A stretch of 64,000 nucleotides of DNA, taken from NCBI GenBank assembly GCA_963708075.1, contig OY970194.1, positions 5,216,001 through 5,280,000 of the forward strand. Reading direction: 5' to 3'. Positions 18,724 to 29,209 of the stretch are shown here, piece by piece (the first letter of the stretch is position 1; each line of letters begins with the position of its first letter). The position numbers and the translations under genes are program-made. Source of the stretch: Sedimentisphaerales bacterium (GTDB lineage Bacteria > Planctomycetota > Phycisphaerae > Sedimentisphaerales > Anaerobacaceae). A model generated the notes under the pieces. It saw nothing but the letters and a program-made list of their open reading frames with translations. It ran no database searches and was not told the DNA's origin.

Positions 18724-20036
18724 TTAGATGGTCCACGGCTCGCGCATGGCGCGGGCACGGAATCGGTTGGCCTGCTCGTCGTTGACGAACTCCTCCTTGA
18801 CCGGGTCGAACTTCATGTCCCGCTTGAGCCACATGCAGACGTTGGCCGCGTGCACGGTGGACATGGAGCGGTGCATCATGACGGGGTTGGCCACGGTCTC
18901 CCGCCGCGACTTGACACAGTCGAGGAAGTTGCGGACGTGGCTCATCGGCCGCTGCGTGCGGGCCATGTAGTCGTCGACCAGCTTCTTGAAGTCGGCCATC
19001 CATGCGGGGTTGGACACTTCGCATTTCGAGTAGCCGTCGGCGATGGCGACCCAGCCCTCGGGACCCTCGTAGCGGACGCCGCACGAGCCGTGCCAGATCT
19101 TGGCGTCCATGTCCCGCTCAAGGACCATCTTCACGCCGTTGGCGAAGGTCGTCACCATGCCGTCGCCGCTGTCATTGTTGACGTACCTGTACTCCACGGG
19201 CGACGTTCTCCACAGGTCGAGCGCGACCTGGCATTGAGCGAACGTGTGCGCACCCACTCGCCGATGCAGCTCGTGTGGAAGTCGTAGTGGTTTCGCCACT
19301 GGCCCTGGGTATAAGCGACATTGTAGGGCCGCCAGGGACATGGGCCGAGCCAGGCGTCCCAGTCGGTCTCTTCTTTCGGCGGCAGCGGCTGCTCCGGCAG
19401 CCAGTCGTGGCGCATCTCGGCGGCGTCCCACGGGGCGATGTGCGCCCGGACGGTGTGGACCTTGCCGAGATAGCCGAGCCGCAGCAGTTCGTTGGCGAAC
19501 GTGAAGTTGCCTTCACTGAGCCGCTGGATGCCGGACTGGTAGATCCGCCGGTAGCGCCGGGCGGTTTCCACGACGCCCTGACCCTCCGCGATCGTCATGG
19601 CCGAGGGCTTCTCCGAGTACACGTCTTTGCCCGCCCGCATGGCCATGATGGCCGCCAGCGCATGCCAGCGATCGCCCGTAGTGCTCAGGACCGCGTCGAT
19701 ATCCGTGCGGGCCGCCAGGAACTCGCGGATGTCGGCGTACACGGCGCAGTCCTTGTTGCCGTAGCGAGTGTCCACGAGCCTCTTGACGGCCTCGCGTCTG
19801 GCCTTCTGCGGGTCGCAGGTGGCCACGAACTGGACATCCTTTTCCGGCAGCATCCAGTTCAGATCGTGCGTGCCGCGGTTGCCGATCCCGATGCCCCCGA
19901 GCACGATGCGCTCGCTGGGCGGGACGGCGCCGTTGCGGGCGAACACGGAGGCCGGCACGATGCAGGGTATCGCCGCCAGCGCCGCCGTGCGTCCCAGGAA
20001 TGCCCGCCGCGAAAGATTCGTCTTCTTGTCTGACAT
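18724..20036 (-). CDS. Tat-exported Gfo/Idh/MocA oxidoreductase; apparent 1-nt deletion near 19252
   Basis: SRRAFL Tat motif, GIGIGNRG, GKDVYSEKP, DWDAWLGP; one extra G restores IGEWGAHTF and joins the two ORFs. Confidence 0.85.
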
Positions 20037-20294
20037 GGCAGTCTCCTCATTACGATTGATTAAGGATTATTGATGAAGGATGATTGTCACCCAGTCACAC
20101 CTTCGGTTGCCGTCGTCGCCACAGTAGCTCGCGACATCCTCGCGGGTCGCCGCGCGTGACTCACGCACAAGGTTGGAAGTCCAATTCGTCACGGCCAAGA
20201 TTCTACCGCCGGGTCCCCGCCGCGCCCACCACAAAGGAATCGCCAGGCCGGCATAAACCTGTCACCCGGAGTCAGGTAGGAGATCAGCAGCACC

Positions 20295-20942
20295 GGGTGG
20301 CACCGCCAAACTCGTTGAGAACGTCCCATGTTCTTGAGATTGCTCCGTTGGAGCCTGGGGATGCCCGCTCAGCGACGGATCCATTCCGCCGCTGAGCGGC
20401 GGGAGTTTGCCGCTTTTTGGCCTCCAGCATGATTCCGGCTACTGCCCCATTCAGGCGATTGCTCACAGATAGTGCGTACGACCAACCATGCCGGCGGCTC
20501 TAAAGCGATAAACTCCCTGCCGGCGGCCGCCGGCAGGTTCCCACAGGTCCCCAAGCAGATCCTGTGACTGGGGGCGAACAGGCTTGGCGCAGAGACTCAA
20601 GGATTTGGGACGATGCCAACTCGTTTGACGGTGCTCGTTCGACTGAGCCTGACCATTCGAAGCCCCACGGGCAAACGAGTTGGGTTCGTCCCAAGTTGTT
20701 GAGTTTTGGGTGGCAGCGTCAAGCGCAGCTTGCACAGGCTCGATCTCAAGGATTTGGGACGAACCCAACGAGTTTACCCGTGCTACCCAAGCCTGTGCCT
20801 TTGCAAGCCAATCGCGCTCGGCTATTGGAACTCCATGTCTGTGGACTCCGGGTGGCGGCGGCCGGGTGCCATGTCTACGCTTGCGTAGACATGGTCCATT
20901 CGATGGGCAAGACATGCTTACGCAAGCGTAAGCATGGCACCC
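20295..20942. repeat. Mosaic cluster of REP-like families A, B and D
   Basis: CTCAAGGATTTGGGACG twice, CCCCACGGGCAAACGAGTTGG, family A arm at 20708, family B doublet 20864-20942. Confidence 0.7.
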
Positions 20943-21241
20943 AAGAATATCTGGAGAGAGCGGCATGGGCTGAAGCCCATCCTGCATGATTCGGGCCGGG
21001 GCACAGGTGAGGAACTCCTCTGTGGCAAGTCCGGTAAGAATCGTTGCTGTGAATCTGGGCAGGGGTGAATTAGCTGCGGTGAACAGGAGTTTTGCGTTGA
21101 CAGTAATAGGAGAAGAGAAGAGGATACTGTAGGCAGGCAGACACACGGGGATCATCAATTTCAATGATTGCAGAGGTGTCCGTCGCTCAATTAGGATGGA
21201 GGCCGGCGGGCATAGTGTTGGAAGCGGTGGTAAGGAGAGAA

Positions 21242-21919
21242 ATGGCTAAGCAGGGATCGAAAACACATCGCCCTCCCAGTGAACCGCCGAGTCTGACGAA
21301 GGTTGCCACCGGCATAGCCGGACTGGATGATATCTTGGAGGGCGGCTTTCCGGCCGGTCGAACCACGCTCATCAGCGCCGGTCCCGGCACGGGCAAGACC
21401 ATGCTGGGCCTGGAGTTTCTGTACAAGTCGGCGCTGGCCGGCAAGGCGGGAATTCTCTTGCTGTTCGAGGAGCGAGCCGATGCCACCCGGCGCAACGTCC
21501 GCTCGCTCGGGTGGGATCTGGCTGCGATGGAGAAGGCCGGCAAGCTGTTCATCCTCGAAGCCCGCCTGCCGCGCGACGCGGTCCTGTCCGGCGATTTCAA
21601 CATCACGACCCTGATGACCAACCAGCTCGCCGGCAACTTCGAGCGGATCGATTTCAGCGGCATCGGGTTCTCCTCGCTCATCGACACGATCATCCTGCTG
21701 CGCTTCGTCGAGATCTATAATAAGATCACGCGGAGTCTGCTGGTTCTCAAGAGCCGCGGCACCAAACACTCGAACAGCTATCACCGGTTCGTGATTACGG
21801 ATCATGGCATCGAAATGACCACGATCCCCAGCGGAGCGAGATTGAGCGAAACGTACGGTCAGCCCTTGACGGAGCGATCCCACGCGGAGGCGGGAACGCG
21901 GAAGGGAGGCGAGCGATAA
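21242..21919 (+). CDS. kaiC: Short KaiC-like RecA-fold protein, internally deleted (225 aa)
   Basis: TGIAGLDDILEGG, GPGTGKT, FEE, then SSLIDTIILLR..LKSRG.KHSN..F.ITDHGI; directly upstream of kaiB. Confidence 0.75.
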   Translation: MAKQGSKTHRPPSEPPSLTKVATGIAGLDDILEGGFPAGRTTLISAGPGTGKTMLGLEFLYKSALAGKAGILLLFEERADATRRNVRSLGWDLAAMEKAGKLFILEARLPRDAVLSGDFNITTLMTNQLAGNFERIDFSGIGFSSLIDTIILLRFVEIYNKITRSLLVLKSRGTKHSNSYHRFVITDHGIEMTTIPSGARLSETYGQPLTERSHAEAGTRKGGER

Positions 21920-22236
21920 TGACAATAGCCAAGAAGAGACGGGCCAGGGCCGGGCCGCCGAATGTGATGAAGTATTGCATGCGATTGTTCGTGGCCGGCG
22001 GCGAGCCGAATTCGGCCATCGCCAGGGAGTCGCTGGACAAAATCTGCTCGACCTATCTGAACGGCAATTGCCAGGTCGAGACGATCGACGTGTTGAAGGA
22101 CTTCCGGCCGGCGCTGGAAGAGCGGGTGCTGGTGACGCCGGCCCTGGTGATCCTTGAGCCCGGGCCGCGGACCGTCATCTTTGGAAACCTCACCGACACG
22201 GGGAAGGTGTTGACGGCACTGAAAGTGGTGGTGTAA
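21919..22236 (+). CDS. kaiB: KaiB family protein
   Basis: YCMRLFVAGGEPNS..IDV..VLVTPALV..P.P..IFGNLTD. Confidence 0.9.
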   Translation: MTIAKKRRARAGPPNVMKYCMRLFVAGGEPNSAIARESLDKICSTYLNGNCQVETIDVLKDFRPALEERVLVTPALVILEPGPRTVIFGNLTDTGKVLTALKVVV

Positions 22237-22238
22237 TC

Positions 22239-24368
22239 ATGGCAGCCGCAGGAAAAATGACCTATGAGGAGCTGGAGGCCAGGCTTCACGAAACCCAGGA
22301 CATTCTGACGGCCCTGCGCAGCCATGAGGTGGACGCCGGCGCCGGCGACACCGACGCGGCGATGGTTCGCCTCAAGGAGGTCGAAGAGGCCCTGCAGGCG
22401 GCCAAGGAGGAGCTGGGGCTGCGCGTGGGCGAGCGCACCGCCGAGCTGGACAGGGTCAACCAGGAGCTGCACGATACGATCGAGGAGCAGGAGCGGATTC
22501 GCCGGCGGCTCGAAGACAGCGAGCGCAAGTATCGTGAGCTGGTGGAGAACCTGAGAGGGAGCGAGAAACGCCTGCTCAAGGCGCAGCAGATCGCACATAT
22601 CGGCACCTGGGAGGTGGACCTGGAAAATCACACCGCCTGGTGGTCCGACGAGACGTACCGCGTGCTGGGCCTTCAGCCCGGGCAGATCGAGCCCGGTTGG
22701 GAGGCGATGATGTCCTCCACGCATCCGGAGGACCGCGATGCAGCCGCCCAACTGCTGAACGACGCCCTGGAGAACAAGCGTCCGTTCAACGTGGATCATC
22801 GCATCGTCCATCCGAGCGGCGAAGTGCGATTCGTGCACAACGAGGCGGAGATCGAGGTCGGCCCCGAGGGCAAGCCCGTCCGGATCATGGGAATCCTCGA
22901 GTGCATCACCGATCGCAAGAGAGCGCAGTTGAAGCTGGAGGAGTACACGTCGCAATTGGAGGATCAGGCGGAGTTGCTGGACCTGGCGTACGACATGATC
23001 TTCGTGCATGATATGCAGGGCAAGATCGTGTTCTGGAACCGCGGCGCCGAGCAGGCCTATGGCTGGACGAGGGAGGAGGCGCACGGGCAACTGAGCCACC
23101 GGCTGCTCCAGACGGAGTACTCCGAGCCGCTGATCCGCATCACCGCGAGGATCATCCGGGAGGGTCGCTGGGAGGGCGAACTGATGCACACGACTCGCGA
23201 CGGGCGCCAGATCACCGTCGCCAGCCGCTGGGCCCTTCGCCGTGGGCCGGACGGGCGGCCCATCGCCATCCTCGAGATCGATAACGATATTACGGACCGT
23301 AAATGCGCCGAGCAGGAGACGACCGACGCAAAGCGGTTCGCCGAGAGTATCATCCACACGATCGACGAATGCCTGGTGGTGCTCGATGCACAGCTCCGGG
23401 TCGTCTCGGCGAACCGCTCGTTCTACGAGACCTTCAAGACAACGGCCGAGCAAGTGGAAGGCCAACCGTTCCATATGTTCAACAAGGGCCGCTGGGACAT
23501 TCCGGAGCTGCGGGACAAGCTCAGGCGGGTCCTGTCCGACAACGCCGGCTTCAAAGGCCATGAGCTGGAGTGTGAAGCCCCCGATGCAGAACACAAGACG
23601 CTGATGCTCAGCGCCCAGCCGATCAGCGGGCCGGCCGACCAGCCCCGCATGGTCCTGGTAGTGCTCCAGGATATCAGCCTGCAGAAGCAGCATGAGAAGG
23701 AGACCCAGGCCGACAAGGAGCAATTGTCGGCCCTGACCGAGGAATTGCTGCTGACCGAGGAGCGTCAGCGCCAGCGCATCGCGGCGGCCCTGCACGATTC
23801 TATCAGCCAGTCGCTGGCCTTCGCCAAGCGCGAGCTCGGCGTCCTGGAGCGGCAGACCCAAGGCGACATGCACAAATCGCTCGAGGAGGTCTGCGAGCAG
23901 ATCAGTCAGGCCATCGACCAGGTGCGCGACCTGACGCTGGAGCTGGCGCCTTCGGCGCTGTATACGCTGGGGCTGGAGGCGGCCATCGAGGACTTGGCCG
24001 ACCAGTTCAGCGACGGCGATGGTTTCCTCTGCGAGGTGCATGGCAGCGAGGAGCCCAAGCCGCTCACCGATGAGGTGAAATCGCTCTTGTATCGATCCGT
24101 TCGCGAGCTGCTGGTCAACGTGAGCAAGCACGCCCGGGCGAAGAACGTCGTCATCGACGTCCAACGAGAGGAATCCACCATTCGGATCACCGTGGATGAC
24201 GACGGCAGAGGGTTCAGCCCGGCGCAGGTCAAAGGCGTTGCGGGCGGGGGATTTGGACTGTTCAGTATTCAGCAAAGACTGACATACGTGGGGGGAAAAC
24301 TCGTGATTGAGTCAGGAGAAGGTAAAGGAACAAGAGTCACGCTGATCGCCCCACTGGATTTAGGGTAG
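22239..24368 (+). CDS. Cytoplasmic multi-PAS histidine kinase (HisKA_3 type)
   Basis: Three PAS/PAC units; EERQRQRIAAALHDSISQ H-box; ELLVNVSKHA, DDGRGF, GFGL boxes. Confidence 0.92.
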   Translation: MAAAGKMTYEELEARLHETQDILTALRSHEVDAGAGDTDAAMVRLKEVEEALQAAKEELGLRVGERTAELDRVNQELHDTIEEQERIRRRLEDSERKYRELVENLRGSEKRLLKAQQIAHIGTWEVDLENHTAWWSDETYRVLGLQPGQIEPGWEAMMSSTHPEDRDAAAQLLNDALENKRPFNVDHRIVHPSGEVRFVHNEAEIEVGPEGKPVRIMGILECITDRKRAQLKLEEYTSQLEDQAELLDLAYDMIFVHDMQGKIVFWNRGAEQAYGWTREEAHGQLSHRLLQTEYSEPLIRITARIIREGRWEGELMHTTRDGRQITVASRWALRRGPDGRPIAILEIDNDITDRKCAEQETTDAKRFAESIIHTIDECLVVLDAQLRVVSANRSFYETFKTTAEQVEGQPFHMFNKGRWDIPELRDKLRRVLSDNAGFKGHELECEAPDAEHKTLMLSAQPISGPADQPRMVLVVLQDISLQKQHEKETQADKEQLSALTEELLLTEERQRQRIAAALHDSISQSLAFAKRELGVLERQTQGDMHKSLEEVCEQISQAIDQVRDLTLELAPSALYTLGLEAAIEDLADQFSDGDGFLCEVHGSEEPKPLTDEVKSLLYRSVRELLVNVSKHARAKNVVIDVQREESTIRITVDDDGRGFSPAQVKGVAGGGFGLFSIQQRLTYVGGKLVIESGEGKGTRVTLIAPLDLG

Positions 24369-24404
24369 GGGCGGGCAAACGCGATGTAGGGAGTTTTCAA
24401 CACC

Positions 24405-24809
24405 ATGAGTATTCGCATCCTATTGGCGGACGACCACACGATTGTTCTTCAGGGGTTGAGCCGATTTCTCCAGACGCAGGAAGGTCTGGAGGTCGTGGGC
24501 CAGGCAAAGGACGGGCAAACGACAGTAGAGCTGGCGCGCGATCTGACTCCTGACGTGGTCGTTATGGATATCAGTATGCCGGGCCTTAACGGCATCGAGG
24601 CCACGCGGCTGATCCATCAGGAGGACCCTAATGTGAAGATCATCGGGCTGTCGATGCATTCTTCGAAGCGATTTGTCAAGGAAATGCGCGAGGTGGGCGC
24701 CAGCGGCTATCTGCTCAAGGACTGCGACTTCGACGAGCTGATCGAAGCCATCCAGACCGTCGCCGGCGGGGGGATGTACTTCGACTCACGCATCGCCGAC
24801 GTCGCCTGA
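24405..24809 (+). CDS. NarL-like response regulator, receiver domain only
   Basis: LADDH, MDISMPGLNG, GYLLK; ends at 134 aa with no LuxR HTH. Confidence 0.88.
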   Translation: MSIRILLADDHTIVLQGLSRFLQTQEGLEVVGQAKDGQTTVELARDLTPDVVVMDISMPGLNGIEATRLIHQEDPNVKIIGLSMHSSKRFVKEMREVGASGYLLKDCDFDELIEAIQTVAGGGMYFDSRIADVA

Positions 24810-24882
24810 AACAGCCGGTCGCATATATCGCGATTGACGGTTCCAGCCAGTCCCGCGCATTCTCCGCCCCTTCTCGGTCGTG

Positions 24883-25396
24883 CTACGGCCATTGGCGCAG
24901 GATCGCCTGCTTGGCCTTCCAGTATCGGCCCATGTGACCGCGATTCTCAAAGGAGTCTTTCAGACATTCCGTCCGGTACAGCAGAGGGTCCTGTCCGCTG
25001 ATGCGCTTGAGATCGTCCAAACCCTCGAAGCAATCGAGATAGAGAGGTTCCACCAGATGGTAATAGGGCAGCATCCAGCGCAGCTCCGCATCCAGCCCGT
25101 TCGTTCCGGCCAACTCGTCGGCCACTGCGAGGACCTGGCGAATCGCCTCCTCGTCGAGGTCCTTGACGCCGCTGAGCCGCGAGTCCTGCGAGCGTTGCGT
25201 CCAGCACAGGTAGATCGCGCGCTTGAGAGCCTCCAGATCGTGCTCGGCAAGCCGGACGTACTGTAGGAAGATATCGCGCCAGGCGGCATAGACGCCGGTT
25301 CTCTTCGTACACAACGGCTCTGTCCTTCTTGATACGGTGCTGCTTCCGGAGCCACTGCTGTTCCAGAGCGGTGAGTTGTTCGATACTGCTTGCCAC
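24883..25396 (-). CDS. Hypothetical protein; apparent 1-nt insertion at 25297-25303
   Basis: SD-preceded ORF MASSIEQL..VYEE joins TGVYAAWRDIF.. if GAGAACC is read as GAGACC. Confidence 0.6.
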
Positions 25397-25500
25397 CCTC
25401 AGTCCTCCCAGTTATCTCACCATAGCGAACGTAGGAAATATAGCATCTTTGGGAAAGCCTGGACAATGGGCAAAACCCTTAGGAGGTATAAGGAAGCTGC

Positions 25501-26361
25501 TTAGGGCCGTCCGGCAGGGATTTGGCCTGCGTGTGATGAGCTCTGTGCTGTACGTTTAAGATACTTCTTTTTGTGATAGCGACCTATGCGTTCCAGGAGT
25601 GGCTTGGACAAGCGCTTGGCCCAGGGGAACAGATAGCCCGCGTTGGCCGCCCAGCCGGCATACCAGGGGATCACCCGCTCCCGCTTGCCATCGTGTGCAC
25701 AGGCCAGGATCAGCCCGGCGATCTGGTCGGCGGAGCGCATGGGCGGCAGGAGCATCATGTCGGGAATACCATCAAAGCCACCTGAGAAGAAGTCGGTATC
25801 CACCGGGCCGGGCGAGACTGCCGAAACGGTGATGCCGCTGCCCCCCAGCTCCTCGGCCAGCGAGAAGCTGAACGCTCGCAGGCCGAATTTCGTGGCGGAA
25901 TAAGCCGCGGCGCCGGCCAGGGGAATCCGGCCGGCCAGCGACGACACGTTGATGATTGCCCCGCCACCCGCTTGGCGCAAGTACGGCAGGACCAGCCGGC
26001 ATAGCGCCATCGCAGATCGCAGGTTGATGTCCACCGTCCTGAGCAGATCGTCCATGTCGTTCTCCTCGACCCGCCCCCGTCCATAGTAGCCTGCGTTGTT
26101 CACGAGGATGTCGATCCTGCCGAAGTGCTGCTGCGTCCGTTCCAGCAGAGCCGCCAGCGCGTCGAGGTCCGTAACATCGGTGGGCACGGCCAGCGCTTGG
26201 TCGGAGCCGATAGAATCGGCGATCGCCTCCAATGCGTCAGCGTTGCGTGCCGCGAGCACGACGCGGGCCCCCTCCGCCGCAAAACGCCGTGCCGTCGCTT
26301 CCCCGATACCCGCCGAGGCGCCCGTGATGATCGCCGTTCGATTGACAAATCGTCTTTCCAT
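25501..26361 (-). CDS. Short-chain dehydrogenase/reductase
   Basis: TGASAGIG, NNAG, YSATK. Confidence 0.93.
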   Translation of the reverse strand: MERRFVNRTAIITGASAGIGEATARRFAAEGARVVLAARNADALEAIADSIGSDQALAVPTDVTDLDALAALLERTQQHFGRIDILVNNAGYYGRGRVEENDMDDLLRTVDINLRSAMALCRLVLPYLRQAGGGAIINVSSLAGRIPLAGAAAYSATKFGLRAFSFSLAEELGGSGITVSAVSPGPVDTDFFSGGFDGIPDMMLLPPMRSADQIAGLILACAHDGKRERVIPWYAGWAANAGYLFPWAKRLSKPLLERIGRYHKKKYLKRTAQSSSHAGQIPAGRP

Positions 26362-26491
26362 GCGAATTCCCCAACTAATAGCACCATCCGTAAGAATCTA
26401 CGTGTGCTCTGCTCCCGGGATGGCGAGGAAAAGGATTCATTTGCCCTACGCCCGCACCGCCTGCACGAACAGGCCGATGCCAACAGCAGAT

Positions 26492-26623
26492 CGTAGAGAC
26501 GCAACATCTTGCGTCTCTACAGGGTCCGGGTCTGATGACTGGCCGGGTGGCATGTCTACGCTTGCGTAGACATGGTTGACTCGATGGACAAGACATGCTT
26601 ACGCGAGCGTAAGCATGGCACCC
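26492..26623. repeat. REP-like palindrome plus family B doublet
   Basis: GTAGAGACGCAACATCTTGCGTCTCTAC; GGGTGGCATGTCTACGCTTGCGTAGACATG..CATGGCACCC. Confidence 0.78.
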
Positions 26624-26816
26624 GGCCGATCGTGAAGGGGCGATTCTCTCAGCGGAGGCATAGGCAAAATGATGATATCTCAACTCCGATTCCTGCTTGC
26701 CCAGACAGGGACCCAGGCTTATGCTGCGGATGATGCGGCCGGATCGGCAGGTGGCTTCCGCCGGGACGGAGCGTTCGACTGGCAAATGGACGATCATGGT
26801 GCGAGCGACAGCAGCG

Positions 26817-27959
26817 ATGCCCGATGGTGAAACGGTGACGGCCGAGAGGACCCGTGGCGAGGCAAAGCAGTACTCCAGGAGAAAGCTGGGTGTCGGGCTC
26901 TTGAAGCTGTTTGTGTCACTGGTGTTTCTCCTGGTCTTTCTGCTGTCGGGGGCGTCCTCACGGCTGCACGGCCTCGTCAGCACTTTAACCGACAACTATT
27001 ATCTGCAATTGAGCGGCTACCTGCTGGCGTTCATGGCAATGTACTGGGCGGTCCTGCTGGGGCTCGATTTCTATTCCGGCGTGGTGCTCGAACACCGCTA
27101 CGGGCTGTCCAACCAGACGACGGTGCGCTGGTTCCTGCGAGACGCGCTGCAGTGGCTGCTTTCGACGCTGATGGCGATCGGGGCCTTCAGCCTTTTGTAT
27201 CGCGCGATGGAGGGGCTGCCGGACCGGTGGTGGCTCGCCGCCGCGGTCGGCTGGTTCATCATGCTCGTCCTCATCGGCAAAATCACGCCGGCGATTGTGG
27301 TCCCGCTCTTCTATAGGCTGGGTCCGCTGACCGACCGCGATCTGTCGGACCGGCTGTTCGCTCTGGCGGCGCGGTGCGGCGTCCCCATCAAACGCGTGCT
27401 CGAAATCCGCCTGAGCAAAGAGACGAAGAAGGCCAACGCCGCCGTCGTCGGCCTCGGCCGTGACCGCAGAATCCTCATCGGCGACACGCTGCTCGACCTG
27501 TGCTCGCACGACGAGATCGAGGCTGTCTTCGCGCACGAGCTGGGCCACGTGGCGCTGCATCACAGTTGGAAGCTGCTCGGAGCGGCCGCGGTTCTCTCCA
27601 CGGCCGGCTTCTACCTTCTCCACCTCGTCCTCGGGCCCAGCGCAACGCACCTGGGCTTTGCCGGCCAGGATGACATCGCCGCCTTTCCGCTGCTGCTGCT
27701 ATGGCTGACGCTCTTCGCCCTGGCCGTCCGCCCGTTGCAGGCCGCTGGCTCGCGAGCCTTCGAAAGACAGGCCGACCTGTTCATCGTCGGCCGCGTCCGC
27801 AACCCCGAGGCCCTGATCTCCGCGCTGGACAAGCTCACCGAGCGCAACCTCGCCGACCCCCAGCCCAGCCGCCTCGTCGAAGTCCTCTTCTACGATCATC
27901 CCCCCATCGCAAAACGGATCGCCTACCTCCGCAAAGCCGCACCCGCGGCACCGCCGTGA
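26817..27959 (+). CDS. M48 (Ste24-like) membrane zinc metalloprotease; start uncertain
   Basis: Multiple TM segments, KANAAVVG, AHELGH, FERQAD, YDHPP. Confidence 0.9.
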   Translation: MPDGETVTAERTRGEAKQYSRRKLGVGLLKLFVSLVFLLVFLLSGASSRLHGLVSTLTDNYYLQLSGYLLAFMAMYWAVLLGLDFYSGVVLEHRYGLSNQTTVRWFLRDALQWLLSTLMAIGAFSLLYRAMEGLPDRWWLAAAVGWFIMLVLIGKITPAIVVPLFYRLGPLTDRDLSDRLFALAARCGVPIKRVLEIRLSKETKKANAAVVGLGRDRRILIGDTLLDLCSHDEIEAVFAHELGHVALHHSWKLLGAAAVLSTAGFYLLHLVLGPSATHLGFAGQDDIAAFPLLLLWLTLFALAVRPLQAAGSRAFERQADLFIVGRVRNPEALISALDKLTERNLADPQPSRLVEVLFYDHPPIAKRIAYLRKAAPAAPP

Positions 27960-28001
27960 TGAACCCCCTGAACGCATGCGTATTCCCCACGGCTGCCCGC
28001 A

Positions 28002-28308
28002 TGTCATTCCGGCGAAGCCGTTCATGGCCCTTCGGCCCGCTCCGAGAGAATGAGAAATGGCTCAGGGGCCGCTCGTACGGTGGGTCCTTGACCCACGCGG
28101 TTACCCAAGCGAAACGTTCTTGACGCGTGGGTTGAGAACCCACCCTACAGGTTGATACCACGCTTTTCTCTGAGGAAGCGGGAATCCAGCCACGTATTGA
28201 ACGATCCCCCGCCTGCGCGGGGGTGACATGACAAGGGTCAGTCCGATAGAGCTTCCGAGAAGCAAAGGGCATGTCTGGGTGGCAGCGGCAAGCGCAGCTT
28301 GCCAATGG
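28002..28308. repeat. REP-like cluster between convergent genes
   Basis: TGTCATTCCGGCGAAGCCG, GTAG-type doublet 28075-28149, GCGGGAATCC..GGGGTGACA, family A arm 28277-28308. Confidence 0.72.
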
Positions 28309-28321
28309 GAATCAGCGGAGG

Positions 28322-29050
28322 CTACACCGGGACACCTGCGACGGACATGTAGACGACGCTTTCGTCCGTGCCGTCCACCTCGAGCAGCTTGTTGACCTCG
28401 TCGTCGAACAGGGCGCCGATCGGGCAGGCGCCCAGGCCCAGGCTCACCGCCGCCAGCGCCAGGTTCTCGGCGATATGGCCCGCGTCGAGGTAGATGTAGC
28501 GGTATGCCCGCTGGGCGTATTTCCACTTGGCGCGCGCGAAGATGGCCGTCCAGACGAACACGGCGGCGGCCTCCGCGCACATCTCCTGACCCAGCGCCGC
28601 CGCCACGATCGGGCGGCGCATGTCCCCGGAGCGGACCCGTTCGAGTTCATGGTTGCGAATCCCGTAGTGGTACGCGCCGGGCTCCAGGTCGCGCACGTGG
28701 TGAGCGATGATGTAGGTCTCGATGGGGTATAATGCCCCCGCGGAGGGTGCGGTGCGGAACTCATAGCCCTGCTCCGTGCGCTGGATGCCCGTGGAGGCCC
28801 AGATCAGGTGGCTCAGTTGCCCCAGGCTGATCAGCTCCGGGCGGAACCGGCGGACGCTCTTTCGCTGGTTGAGCGCCTCATCGAGCGTCATGGAGTTGTC
28901 CGCCTCCAGCGACGGCAGCACCACCTTGGCGCTATCCGGATACGTCTTATACGGCTCCGGCCGGGCCGTCCAGCGTGCCCCGCCGCGTTCCATCTTGTCC
29001 GGCCGGTATTTGGTCTCCTGCTGAAACCGGTCTCCTATCCCTGTCATCAT
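28322..29050 (-). CDS. SagB/ThcOx-family nitroreductase-like dehydrogenase
   Basis: RKSVRRF, RTAPSAGALYPIE, RAYRYIYLDAGHIAENL. Confidence 0.92.
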   Translation of the reverse strand: MMTGIGDRFQQETKYRPDKMERGGARWTARPEPYKTYPDSAKVVLPSLEADNSMTLDEALNQRKSVRRFRPELISLGQLSHLIWASTGIQRTEQGYEFRTAPSAGALYPIETYIIAHHVRDLEPGAYHYGIRNHELERVRSGDMRRPIVAAALGQEMCAEAAAVFVWTAIFARAKWKYAQRAYRYIYLDAGHIAENLALAAVSLGLGACPIGALFDDEVNKLLEVDGTDESVVYMSVAGVPV

Positions 29051-29209
29051 ATCCGCCTTTATGAAAAAACCGTCGGCTCAGCATGTCCGACGGTAATGGT
29101 CGTTCATCGTCTACAGTGCTCCACAGGCGTCCATCATCCCACAGATTCGCCCTCGTGCAAGCCCAAACCGGGTAAACGGCGTGCGCTTGCGATTGCCACG
29201 CGGCTCTGC

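Noticed and set aside
18623..19084. N-terminal extension of the 808-aa HEAT ORF
   Set aside because: Overlaps the oxidoreductase gene; SD and signal peptide place the start at 18622.
20660..20700. c-di-GMP-I riboswitch suggested by GGGCAAAC (also 24373, 31257, 60513)
   Set aside because: No second stem or GCAAAG motif; most hits belong to repeat family D.
21097..21128. sigma70 promoter TTGACA..GATACT upstream of kaiC
   Set aside because: Spacer is 20 nt; no good -10 at 16-18 nt.
20463..21164. 233-aa ORF and other ORFs over 1411-2210, 5196-5687, 27835-28305
   Set aside because: Read through REP/MITE sequence; not protein-like.
28322..29050. RiPP (azole) biosynthetic cluster
   Set aside because: Stand-alone SagB-like gene with no YcaO, precursor or transporter nearby.
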